Shown piece after piece: positions 18,324 through 26,443 of a stretch of 64,000 nucleotides of DNA. The notes below the pieces were generated by a model. That model saw only the letters and a list, made by a program, of their open reading frames with translations. It was not told the origin of the DNA and did no database searches. The position numbers and the translations under genes were made by a program. Source of the stretch: a virus (Duplodnaviria; Heunggongvirae; Uroviricota; Caudoviricetes); IMG/VR virus record IMGVR_UViG_3300037455_000372, positions 203,710-267,709 of that record; one strand, 5' to 3'. Within the stretch, counting starts at the first letter, position 1. Each line of letters starts with the position of its first letter.

Positions 18324-19520
18324 ATGAATGACACGAAAAACAAGCGAATCAGCCTCTTCAATAGCATCAACGCTGATATGCTGTGGGACAGCTCGCAGCA
18401 GATTCTTCTTGAGATGAAGGCCAAGAAGGTGGCCGGAATTCGTCTGATCAACTACATCAACGCAGGAATTACTTGGGACTCCCACAAGGACATCATCCTT
18501 GATTTTTGGATTATGAACAAGTGCCGCGAGGCTGGTTTCGCGCCTCACGACTTCGACGGTATGTCTCGTGTCGTTGACTTGCCGACGCTCGCCCAGAAAA
18601 AGTATGCGGAGTGGTTCGGCTCCTACGATTTCCAGAACGAAGACCCGCAGTGGATTACGTTTGTCAACGGTACTTTGAACCTTTTCTACCACACCAGCGA
18701 CCCGAAGGAAGAAGATGACGGCGAGTGGTATATCGAGCTGATGCAGTCCGAAATGGATGCGCGTTCTATTTGTGAAACACAAGTGTACCACGGCTTGCCG
18801 AACATCAATACGTTCTGGAAAGTCGATACCAACTCCAAGACCGAAGAAGTCGGTGGCCGTCGTAACGGTTATATGTACACAGTCAAGCTGAAAGACCTCA
18901 GCCCGGTCGATACGAAGAATTTCTACTGGGGCGTGGTTTTCCAGTGCAAGGAAACCGTTAGCCTTGGTTACAACGACCACGGAGAGTCGAAGCGAAAGTG
19001 CATTAACTGGGCGGCCAACGCTGAACATATGACATTGGTCCAAGTAAATGCGGACGGTCGTCTGAAGATTATCCCGGTTCAAGTAGAAGGTAAGGCTTGG
19101 AAGGCTGACCGCTGGGTTCCAGAAGGCGTGGTTAACCAGAACCCGATGTCTCCGCAGTCCCTTTGTTCATATATCGAGGCGAACTTCGACAAGATGTATG
19201 GCGTATGGGACAGAATTGATGCGGTCGTCAAGACCGCTCGTGAGAACACGACCGCTCGTATTAACGCATTGAATACGTTCAACGACGAAGAAGTTAAGGT
19301 TGCGAAGGTTATCGGAAATGTCGACCGATTCATCAAGGAAGGTAACGTGTCTCCGCAGCGTCTTGAGTACAACAAGGAAGTACGTAAGGCTCTGCTAAAG
19401 AAGATCCGTACTCGCGAGAAGGAAGAAAAGAAGCAGTTGCGCGACATTGTCAAGGCCGAGAAACGAAAGGAAGAGGCCAAACACGCAAAGTTCCACGTCT
19501 CGTCTCAAGCGACAGTATAA
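18324..19520 (+). CDS. Hypothetical protein with a basic C-terminal coiled coil
   Basis: 398-aa ORF with a GAGGA RBS; no family recognised. Confidence 0.8.
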   Translation: MNDTKNKRISLFNSINADMLWDSSQQILLEMKAKKVAGIRLINYINAGITWDSHKDIILDFWIMNKCREAGFAPHDFDGMSRVVDLPTLAQKKYAEWFGSYDFQNEDPQWITFVNGTLNLFYHTSDPKEEDDGEWYIELMQSEMDARSICETQVYHGLPNINTFWKVDTNSKTEEVGGRRNGYMYTVKLKDLSPVDTKNFYWGVVFQCKETVSLGYNDHGESKRKCINWAANAEHMTLVQVNADGRLKIIPVQVEGKAWKADRWVPEGVVNQNPMSPQSLCSYIEANFDKMYGVWDRIDAVVKTARENTTARINALNTFNDEEVKVAKVIGNVDRFIKEGNVSPQRLEYNKEVRKALLKKIRTREKEEKKQLRDIVKAEKRKEEAKHAKFHVSSQATV

Positions 19521-19550
19521 AAATAGGCGGTTATTTAAACCGCCTTTTTA
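19520..19550. terminator. Bidirectional terminator
   Basis: AGGCGGTT-attta-AACCGCCT flanked by A and T runs. Confidence 0.75.
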
Positions 19551-19551
19551 A

Positions 19552-20052
19552 TTATCCGTCCAACAGACCAGCTAGGTCTTCGTCCGATGTTCCTTCTGGA
19601 ATCGACGGCGGAGCGTTTTGGATTTCGTCCCACGTCATTTCATCGTCGCCGCCTTCTTCCGGCTGGGCTAAGTCAACCGGCTCTTCTGCTGGGGGTTCGA
19701 CGGTCTGGCCGCCACCAGTCGGGAGGTTTTCAAACTGGTCTTCTTTGGGGAGCTGTACGTCGATAGGCTGTATAGCGGCCATATCGTTGCTGACCTGATT
19801 CAGTAACTGGTCTTCATCCTTCGCAAGGCTGCTCTCGCCGTCCATACCGACCTTACCGGCAAGTCCGACGATTTTCGTACCGTCCTTCACCTCGTTGGGG
19901 TTCACTCCCACGGTCGCCTGAAGATGTTCGACCGCGTCGGAGCTGGTCGGGGTGTTCAGCGCACCCTCGATTAGCAACTCGTACATCTCGGTTACGGCCT
20001 TTTTCATCGACGGCGAAACCGATTCAAGAACATTTTTTAGCGATTCGTGCAT
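19552..20052 (-). CDS. Acidic hypothetical protein with the shared N-terminal leader
   Basis: 166-aa ORF, GAGG RBS, D/E-rich tail. Confidence 0.75.
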   Translation of the reverse strand: MHESLKNVLESVSPSMKKAVTEMYELLIEGALNTPTSSDAVEHLQATVGVNPNEVKDGTKIVGLAGKVGMDGESSLAKDEDQLLNQVSNDMAAIQPIDVQLPKEDQFENLPTGGGQTVEPPAEEPVDLAQPEEGGDDEMTWDEIQNAPPSIPEGTSDEDLAGLLDG

Positions 20053-20063
20053 TTTGAAACCTC

Positions 20064-20375
20064 TTAGATGAATCGAACGATGTTCGGGTTCTGGCAGATG
20101 ATTGCCGCCGAGAGCTTCTTGGCACCCTTCTTGCGGATGCGGATTCGCTTTTTCTTCACCGGGACGGTCGGAGCCGCTGGGGCGACGGTCTCTTTGGGAA
20201 GTGGGCGCGGAACCGGAGGCACTGCTCTGTGAACCGGGTTGATAACTGGGGGAACTTCTTCAGCTTCGGCAGTTTCTACGAGGATATCCTCGGACGGCTG
20301 CTCGTCTTGAACAGTTTCCACGGGAATGATATCGACGGCATCGAGCGCGTCTGTATTTGATTTTTTCTTAGCCAT
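20064..20375 (-). CDS. Hypothetical protein (acidic, Pro-rich and basic segments), probably leaderless
   Basis: TATAAACT at 20382-20389 ends 6 nt before the ATG. Confidence 0.7.
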   Translation of the reverse strand: MAKKKSNTDALDAVDIIPVETVQDEQPSEDILVETAEAEEVPPVINPVHRAVPPVPRPLPKETVAPAAPTVPVKKKRIRIRKKGAKKLSAAIICQNPNIVRFI

Positions 20376-20456
20376 ATCCGTAGTTTATAAGTTCCGACTT
20401 TAATATGAATGTACTAGTTTAATTCTTACGTAAAAATCCTATAGGAGAAAACCCAA

Positions 20457-21095
20457 ATGACCCCTGAAATCATAGCCGCATTGGTTGTATTCGCAGCAGT
20501 GGTCCTCGTTGTTGTCGTCTTGAAGGTTCGCGCCTCCAAGAAGGTTGACATTGTGGACGACTTTGCAATCGCTCCGGAAGCTGCCTCCGAGCATACCCTA
20601 ACTGTTGACGAAGCCACGGCTCCGACAGCTGAAACTGGAATCGTATCGGCTCCGATCGTTCCTGTTGTTAGCGAATCCGCCGAACTCGTGGTTCCGGCTG
20701 CAGAACCGGAAACTGTCGAAGTTCCCGAAACTCCGACCGCTGAACCGGTTAATGAAACCACTAATACTGAAACGGCAGAAACTGCCGAAGCGGTGGTGAC
20801 TGAAACTGTCGCAACTGTTGAAGCTGCTACCGAAACCAAGGTCGAGGAACCGAAGCCGACCAAGACGAAGGCCACCAAGAAGGCCGCAACGAAGTCTACC
20901 AAGGCCACGACCAAGAAGACCACGAAGAAGACTACCAAGGCCACCAAGGCCAAGGATGTCGCCAACTTCATCGACACGCTATCCAAGCCGACCGAAAAGA
21001 AGCCGCGTGGTCGCAAGAAAAAGTCCGATGACGTAAAAATCATCGTAACCGCGCCGCTTGGCAAGTCCAAGACGGTGAAAAAGAAAAAAGCCTAA
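20457..21095 (+). CDS. Membrane-anchored protein with an acidic linker and K/T/A-rich basic tail
   Basis: N-terminal hydrophobic helix, then an E/T/A/P-rich region, then KATKK repeats; GGAG RBS. Confidence 0.8.
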   Translation: MTPEIIAALVVFAAVVLVVVVLKVRASKKVDIVDDFAIAPEAASEHTLTVDEATAPTAETGIVSAPIVPVVSESAELVVPAAEPETVEVPETPTAEPVNETTNTETAETAEAVVTETVATVEAATETKVEEPKPTKTKATKKAATKSTKATTKKTTKKTTKATKAKDVANFIDTLSKPTEKKPRGRKKKSDDVKIIVTAPLGKSKTVKKKKA

Positions 21096-21119
21096 GAGCT
21101 TGCGCTTTAGGTTTTAGGG

Positions 21120-21146
21120 AACCGCTGCCATATCGGTAGCGGTTTT
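21120..21146. terminator. Terminator between convergent genes
   Basis: AACCGCTGCC-atatc-GGTAGCGGTT followed by T residues. Confidence 0.7.
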
Positions 21147-21147
21147 C

Positions 21148-21369
21148 TTATTTGTATCTGTAGGTAATTCGGCCTCGGTCAAGGTCATACGGACTGATTT
21201 CGACAATTACTCGGTCTTCCGTACATACTCTGATTTTGTTACGTTTTTCCATTTTCCCGGCTAGACGGGCAATTAGCTGGTGACCGTTTTCCAGCTGGAC
21301 GGTGAAGAATCCGCTTCCTCTTTCTTCCGTCACTACTCCATTGACTGATATGCTTTCTTCCTTAGCCAT
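21148..21369 (-). CDS. infA: Translation initiation factor IF-1
   Basis: MAKEESISVNGVV..F.VQLENGH...GKM..I....DRV.VEISPYDLDRGRITYR matches the canonical IF-1 pattern. Confidence 0.95.
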   Translation of the reverse strand: MAKEESISVNGVVTEERGSGFFTVQLENGHQLIARLAGKMEKRNKIRVCTEDRVIVEISPYDLDRGRITYRYK

Positions 21370-21715
21370 TTCCTTCCTTTTCTGATGATTGATTGTTGGC
21401 GGCCAATAACGATTGTAGATGGTCTTCTACAAAAATGAACTCGTGATGGACACTGGCTACCTTACCACCAATCATTGCATACACCATTACACCGGTCCGG
21501 TTTCGGAATACGCAGCAAGACTGTCGGTCGTGGGTTACTCGAATAGTTACGACATAGTCGGAATATTCATAACCGGGACCGGATTTGCAGCCGACCACGC
21601 TGACGGAGCGGGAATACTTGGTTAGCTTAACCGAAGCATCGTCCACCAGCTTCTTGAAGGCCGCTTGGTCACAGGTCAGTGCCACAGAATCGTATATATC
21701 TCGTTTCATAGTCAT
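21362..21715 (-). CDS. Hypothetical protein co-transcribed with infA
   Basis: 117-aa ORF overlapping the infA start. Confidence 0.7.
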   Translation of the reverse strand: MTMKRDIYDSVALTCDQAAFKKLVDDASVKLTKYSRSVSVVGCKSGPGYEYSDYVVTIRVTHDRQSCCVFRNRTGVMVYAMIGGKVASVHHEFIFVEDHLQSLLAANNQSSEKEGNG

Positions 21716-21732
21716 ATAAACTGCAGTTTATT
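21715..21732. promoter_or_regulatory. Palindromic double ATAAACT motif
   Basis: Perfect palindrome ATAAACTGCAGTTTAT at 21716-21731. Confidence 0.65.
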
Positions 21733-21749
21733 CACTGTCCGTGTAAAAT

Positions 21750-21778
21750 TTGCATTACAAACTCGGATGTATTATATT
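21750..21778 (+). promoter_or_regulatory. Sigma70-type promoter of the phage sigma gene
   Basis: TTGCAT-N17-TATATT. Confidence 0.65.
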
Positions 21779-21806
21779 TATTCACAATTCCACAAAGCGA
21801 GTGCGG

Positions 21807-22619
21807 ATGAAGACCTATGAAGAAGATTGGTCTACGAAGAAACTGATTGAGGAAACTGTAAAGTACAAAATCCTCGGACGAAAGGCCGAAACTGAGCTAT
21901 TTCGTGAATTCCATTCAACAAAAGACGAAAAAAGGCGTACCGAAATAAAGCTCGCCATAATACAGTCTAACTTGAGATTCGTACTGGCTGTAGCCAGAGC
22001 GTACAAGAAGACGACCGGTCTGCCGATCAACGATTTCTTTGCCGAGGGAAAACTCGGTATGCTCGAAGCATTCAACAAGTACGACTACACTTGCGGCACG
22101 AAGTTCGGCTCGTTCGCAGTTTTCGAGGTTCGACGCCATATGGACCTGATTGTCCACAACAGCGATATGGTTCGAGTACCGGTTAGAATCCGTAAACGCG
22201 TTCTGAAGGCTAGGAAAAAAGGCGAATCGGTTGAACATATCCAATATGGCCAGCTTGCCGACAACGCCGTATCAGAACCCGCCTCGGTCGAACGAAGCAT
22301 CGTAGGCGATACGGCAAAGAACCGAACCCCAATCGTCTTGGTAGATACGCTGGCTTCCGACGAGCGTACCGACGCCAATCTGGAAGACGAAATGCGCCGT
22401 GACAAGCTAAAATCGATCCTAGAAGACAACTTGACACCAGAAGAGACTAATTTACTGCGTAGACTGTATGGCTTGGATGGATACGAAGATACCGTTAGTG
22501 AAATTTCCGCTGAACGCCGTGTCAGCAAGGAAATCATACGCCGCATTAGGAATCGTGCGTTGGCAAAGCTAAGAAGTGTACCCGTCGTGTCCGAGCTTCG
22601 AGATGCGCTGGGTAGTTAA
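21807..22619 (+). CDS. RNA polymerase sigma70-family factor
   Basis: Region 2 SNLRFV..EG.LG...A..KYD...GTKF.S.A; region 4 HTH TVSEI..VSKEIIRRI..RALAKLR. Confidence 0.9.
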   Translation: MKTYEEDWSTKKLIEETVKYKILGRKAETELFREFHSTKDEKRRTEIKLAIIQSNLRFVLAVARAYKKTTGLPINDFFAEGKLGMLEAFNKYDYTCGTKFGSFAVFEVRRHMDLIVHNSDMVRVPVRIRKRVLKARKKGESVEHIQYGQLADNAVSEPASVERSIVGDTAKNRTPIVLVDTLASDERTDANLEDEMRRDKLKSILEDNLTPEETNLLRRLYGLDGYEDTVSEISAERRVSKEIIRRIRNRALAKLRSVPVVSELRDALGS

Positions 22620-23518
22620 TGGGATTCTTTAAGAACATTGCAGCTAAATTATTCGGTGCCAAGGACGACGATATAGTCGAAGTTGAACATTTAAAAAGAA
22701 GGTCATCTATGGCTGAAGAAGATTTTGGTTCTACCATCATTTTCAATAACGGTGTCCCAGACTACAACGTCACATTGGGGAACACCGGTGAAGGCGAACG
22801 TGTCAGTATGTCCGCCATACAGCAAACTATGAGAGAAACAGATATGATTAACCAGCGTCATCGCGTTGGTGGTAGGGGTATGGGCATCGGTCTGAATACG
22901 ATGGCCCAGCAACCGGCTCCACAGCCTATGCAGAATCAGCAGTTCGCCGGTAACTACGCCCAGCCGTCAGTATACCAGCAGCCGCAACAGCCGCAACAAG
23001 TACCACCGCAATATTATCAGCAGCCGGTTCAACAACCGGTACAGCAGATGCAGCAGCAACAGCCGCAGGGCATTCCCATTACCCAGCAGCCTCAGCAACA
23101 GCAACCGCAGTCCGCCTACTACTTGCAAGAACCGTTCTCCGAGCTGATTATGACGAACGACGAATGTCACGTCATCGTCGACTTGCCGGGAATTTCGAAA
23201 GAAAACGTGAGCGCGACGCTGACTCCGCAGAACGAGGTCTCTATTACGTTCACACGAATCACTTTCGTAGACAAGCTTACCGCTGAACTGAAGGCCGCAA
23301 AGAAGGTCAAGGGTGCGAAGGGAGCTGCCAAGACGAAGCCGAAAATCACTTCCCAAGTGAACATTCCGGACTACTTGCTTGGAACCCATACCGTCGTCTA
23401 CCCGATTCCTAGACCGGTTGACAGCAACAACATCAAGTGGAGCTTCGATAACGGACAGTTCCATTTAACCCTTGGCTTCTTGACTCCTCTTGAAGGCACG
23501 ACTATCAAGCTTGGTTAG
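22619..23518 (+). CDS. Hsp20/alpha-crystallin domain protein with a poly-Q/P region
   Basis: VIVDLPGISKENV...P..VD..I...FDNG...LTL alpha-crystallin motifs. Confidence 0.8.
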   Translation: MGFFKNIAAKLFGAKDDDIVEVEHLKRRSSMAEEDFGSTIIFNNGVPDYNVTLGNTGEGERVSMSAIQQTMRETDMINQRHRVGGRGMGIGLNTMAQQPAPQPMQNQQFAGNYAQPSVYQQPQQPQQVPPQYYQQPVQQPVQQMQQQQPQGIPITQQPQQQQPQSAYYLQEPFSELIMTNDECHVIVDLPGISKENVSATLTPQNEVSITFTRITFVDKLTAELKAAKKVKGAKGAAKTKPKITSQVNIPDYLLGTHTVVYPIPRPVDSNNIKWSFDNGQFHLTLGFLTPLEGTTIKLG

Positions 23519-23530
23519 ACCTAACGAAAC

Positions 23531-23565
23531 TATAAACTAGGGAGTAGCTATAAAGGTTACTCCCT
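23531..23565 (+). promoter_or_regulatory. TATAAACT promoter followed by a hairpin covering the RBS
   Basis: TATAAACT at 23531-23538, then stem AGGGAGTAGC/GTTACTCCCT ending directly before ATG 23566. Confidence 0.65.
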
Positions 23566-24042
23566 ATGTTGTTTTTAGAGACAGTCAAGAAAATATGCGG
23601 TTCTAACGAGAACCTTTACGAGGCTATCCTCAGCTTGTACAAGAACGACCCGGAACATTTCGTATTTACGTTCTGCAACGAGCTTGACGCCAAGGTCAAT
23701 AACGCTTATGCGGCTGGTGTGCTCGACCAGATTTTCGCGAACGATGGAATCCAGTTCAACGTCCTCGGCGCGACCGTCAGGCTGTCGGTAGGAAAGCAAG
23801 AGCACACGGTAATCTATAACGCTGGCTTCGGCGGAGTCCGCAATGACTCCGTGAACATTACCATTATGGACGAAGTCGCCCAGATTTGCAGCGAGGAAGG
23901 GAACAGCTTCTCGCTGAACCGTGGAGACCCGCATTATCGCAACCGAATAGCTCTCGATGCCTACGAGCTGGCGAAACCAAAAATAAAAGAGCAGCTTCGT
24001 AAAAAGCTGCCCAAGTATTCAGTCAGACGTAACGTCTACTAG
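23566..24042 (+). CDS. Hypothetical protein with the shared N-terminal leader
   Basis: 158-aa ORF beginning MLFLETVKK..LYEAILSLY. Confidence 0.75.
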   Translation: MLFLETVKKICGSNENLYEAILSLYKNDPEHFVFTFCNELDAKVNNAYAAGVLDQIFANDGIQFNVLGATVRLSVGKQEHTVIYNAGFGGVRNDSVNITIMDEVAQICSEEGNSFSLNRGDPHYRNRIALDAYELAKPKIKEQLRKKLPKYSVRRNVY

Positions 24043-25064
24043 ATTTCACCCTTGGCCTTGCGGATAGCGAGGCCAATCGCTTTTGCAAGGCGCGGCGGAA
24101 CGGCGTTTCCGATCTGAACCAGTTGCTTGCTTTTCGGTCCTTCGAAGATGAAATTGTCGGGGAATGATTGCAGACGAGCCATTTCCCTTGCGGTAAGTAC
24201 ACGCGGAAGCTTCGGGTGGAGGTTTACGCCGCCGTGATTTTCCTTGATGGTGCAAGATGCTTCATTCCAAGGACACTTCTTCCAAGCGTCACTGTAGCCG
24301 TCGTAGAGGCTCTTTCCTTCCGGTGTCATAGCGATGCGAGCCGCCATTTCCGGACTGTGCTTGGTCGGGACGTGGTTGAAGTCTGGATCGGGCTTGTGTC
24401 TCATAAGGTCGGCAATCGCTTGGCCGGTCGTAACGTACACGGACGGTTCCAGAATGGGCTTGGGGTGGAGGTTCGGCACTCCGATACGGTTCCCGATGAA
24501 GATTACGCGTTCGCGCTTCTGCGGTGTGTAGTATGCGGCTGCGTTCAATGTGGCGACGGTCATTTCGTAACCGATTTTCTTGTAGTCAGCTACGATCTTC
24601 TTGACCACTTCGCCGTCAAGCATACTCAAGATGCCTTTCACGTTTTCGCAAACGACGAACTCAGGCTGGAGGTTCTTGACGACTTCGAGCATTTCCTTGT
24701 ACAGAGAATTCCTTGGGTCGTCGGCGATACGCTTTCCGGCCAGACTGAACCCTTGACAAGGGAATCCGCCGACCACCAAGTTGAGCTTACGATTCTTGAG
24801 CTGTTTCTTGACGATCTCGTAGAACTCGTCCTTCTGCTCCGGAGTCGTGATGTCGCCGTTGACGAACGGATGCTTGAAGTTCCTCGCATAGGTCATACCG
24901 GCTTCCTTAGACCAGTCAAGGCCGCAGACGCCTTGCAGACCAGCCATTTCCAGACCCTTGCTCAAGCCACCGGCACCGCAGAACAAGTCCACGAAAGTCA
25001 TCGACGACGGTTTTGTTTTTCCCCAGACGGTCGATATGTCGACCCACTGTACTTCGTTTGCCAT
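24039..25064 (-). CDS. C5-cytosine DNA methyltransferase (orphan)
   Basis: DLFCGAGG, GGFPCQGFS, ENV, QKRER, LQSFP and QIGNAVPP motifs; no adjacent restriction enzyme seen. Confidence 0.95.
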   Translation of the reverse strand: MANEVQWVDISTVWGKTKPSSMTFVDLFCGAGGLSKGLEMAGLQGVCGLDWSKEAGMTYARNFKHPFVNGDITTPEQKDEFYEIVKKQLKNRKLNLVVGGFPCQGFSLAGKRIADDPRNSLYKEMLEVVKNLQPEFVVCENVKGILSMLDGEVVKKIVADYKKIGYEMTVATLNAAAYYTPQKRERVIFIGNRIGVPNLHPKPILEPSVYVTTGQAIADLMRHKPDPDFNHVPTKHSPEMAARIAMTPEGKSLYDGYSDAWKKCPWNEASCTIKENHGGVNLHPKLPRVLTAREMARLQSFPDNFIFEGPKSKQLVQIGNAVPPRLAKAIGLAIRKAKGEI

Positions 25065-25087
25065 AAATATCCTCTTGTTTTGTCACA

Positions 25088-25116
25088 AATATAGCATAAA
25101 GAAAAGCCGGGCGCAA
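25088..25116 (-). promoter_or_regulatory. Sigma70-type promoter of the methyltransferase
   Basis: Minus-strand TTGCGC-N17-TATATT with a TG extension, overlapping a terminator hairpin at about 25101-25129. Confidence 0.6.
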
Positions 25117-25148
25117 TGACCCGGCTTTCCTTTATGATGACGAGAATT

Positions 25149-25496
25149 TTAGTGTTTGCCGCAGTTACAGCCTTTCTTGACCGTTCCGTAAGCCTTCCGG
25201 ACTACGCTGCTGACCTTGTAAACAGCCTTCAGCGCGGTCATCTTGTACTTTTCTGGAAGAACCCACATATAGTCCTTGACTGCTGGGAAATCCTTGACTA
25301 GAGCTTCAATCGCTTTGGCTCCGGAATACTTAACTCCGTCCGTGGCGAGGTATTCGAAGTCGGAGGCGTTCTGCTGGGCAGGGACGTATTCGACTTGGTC
25401 GCCGATTTTGCGTTCGACTAGACGGCGGTACTGAGAACAGATGGGGCATCCGTTGTCATAGAAAAACTTTGGTTTTGCCTTGATCTGTTCGCTCAT
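25149..25496 (-). CDS. DCC1/DUF393-like thiol-disulfide oxidoreductase
   Basis: FFYDNGCPIC motif and G.KYSGA.A; ATG 25496 overlaps the upstream stop. Confidence 0.75.
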   Translation of the reverse strand: MSEQIKAKPKFFYDNGCPICSQYRRLVERKIGDQVEYVPAQQNASDFEYLATDGVKYSGAKAIEALVKDFPAVKDYMWVLPEKYKMTALKAVYKVSSVVRKAYGTVKKGCNCGKH

Positions 25497-26413
25497 TACC
25501 ACGCTCCGAAGCTAACCTTGCCAGCACACTGGCTAGTCTCAACATTTCCGTTACGGTCAAGCGTAGTTACTTTCGGCGAAGCGAAGGTGTACGACTGGTC
25601 GCCGAAAATATCCTTCATACGCTCGATCACGGCCTCTTGGTCGCAGAACTCACCGGGCTTGCAGTCATCTGCGCCTTCGAGTTTCTTGTCTTGGAGCATA
25701 TCGTTGGTCTTGTCAACGATTTCCTTCTGCTTGTCTTCGTCGACGGAACCGTCGGTAAGGCTTTCGCACTTTGCGTCATTGAATGCCATAACATTCATAA
25801 TGTCGTTCAGCGAAATGCCCGGAATCGGTTCGATTTCGTCTTGGTTGAAGGAAAATTCCGGCCAGCAACCGTCGTTGCCTTCACAATATTCGTCCATATC
25901 GTTCGTCGGCTTTGCGGTTGTGATAACCGGACCGTCGGAACTCTTGATGATAAGGATTACCGGCTTCTTGCAGCATTTGGTGGTCACGTAGTCGCCCGGA
26001 TGGAACTGGTGTTCGCAGTCGGGGTCGCCGTCCACGCAGCATTCGAGAGCCTTCTTGAGGGAACCGATGCCACCAATCTTTGCACCGAGACCCTTGCCGA
26101 AGATGCCTTCGAGGTCGCTGTCGGTCAGTTCTTGGTCGGGCTTCTGTTCGAAGATGGGTCGCTTGGACTTGACCTTGTCGGAAGTCAAGTTTCCAGAACT
26201 TCCACCAACGGACTTGGTGTCAGCCGCGCCGTCCACTTTGATGACCTTTACTTTACCGTCATCCTTTTCGAACGGTCGATTATCCATCTCACCGTCAATA
26301 ATCATCGCACCGTGGTCGGTGTCGTCAGCCTCTTCCTTTTCCTTGGTGAGGTCGATTGCTTCCAAGGCCACGGCCTGTGTAAGTTGCTTCAAATCGTCAA
26401 GTTCGCTGAACAT
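25496..26413 (-). CDS. Acidic Cys-containing hypothetical protein
   Basis: 305-aa ORF; TATAAACT at 26441-26448 overlaps the terminase stop codon. Confidence 0.75.
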   Translation of the reverse strand: MFSELDDLKQLTQAVALEAIDLTKEKEEADDTDHGAMIIDGEMDNRPFEKDDGKVKVIKVDGAADTKSVGGSSGNLTSDKVKSKRPIFEQKPDQELTDSDLEGIFGKGLGAKIGGIGSLKKALECCVDGDPDCEHQFHPGDYVTTKCCKKPVILIIKSSDGPVITTAKPTNDMDEYCEGNDGCWPEFSFNQDEIEPIPGISLNDIMNVMAFNDAKCESLTDGSVDEDKQKEIVDKTNDMLQDKKLEGADDCKPGEFCDQEAVIERMKDIFGDQSYTFASPKVTTLDRNGNVETSQCAGKVSFGAW

Positions 26414-26443
26414 CGGTCAATCCTATGGTTGCTTATTCGCAGT

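Noticed and set aside
24039-25064. Restriction-modification system
   Set aside because: No neighbouring gene has recognisable restriction nuclease motifs, so it is treated as an orphan methyltransferase.
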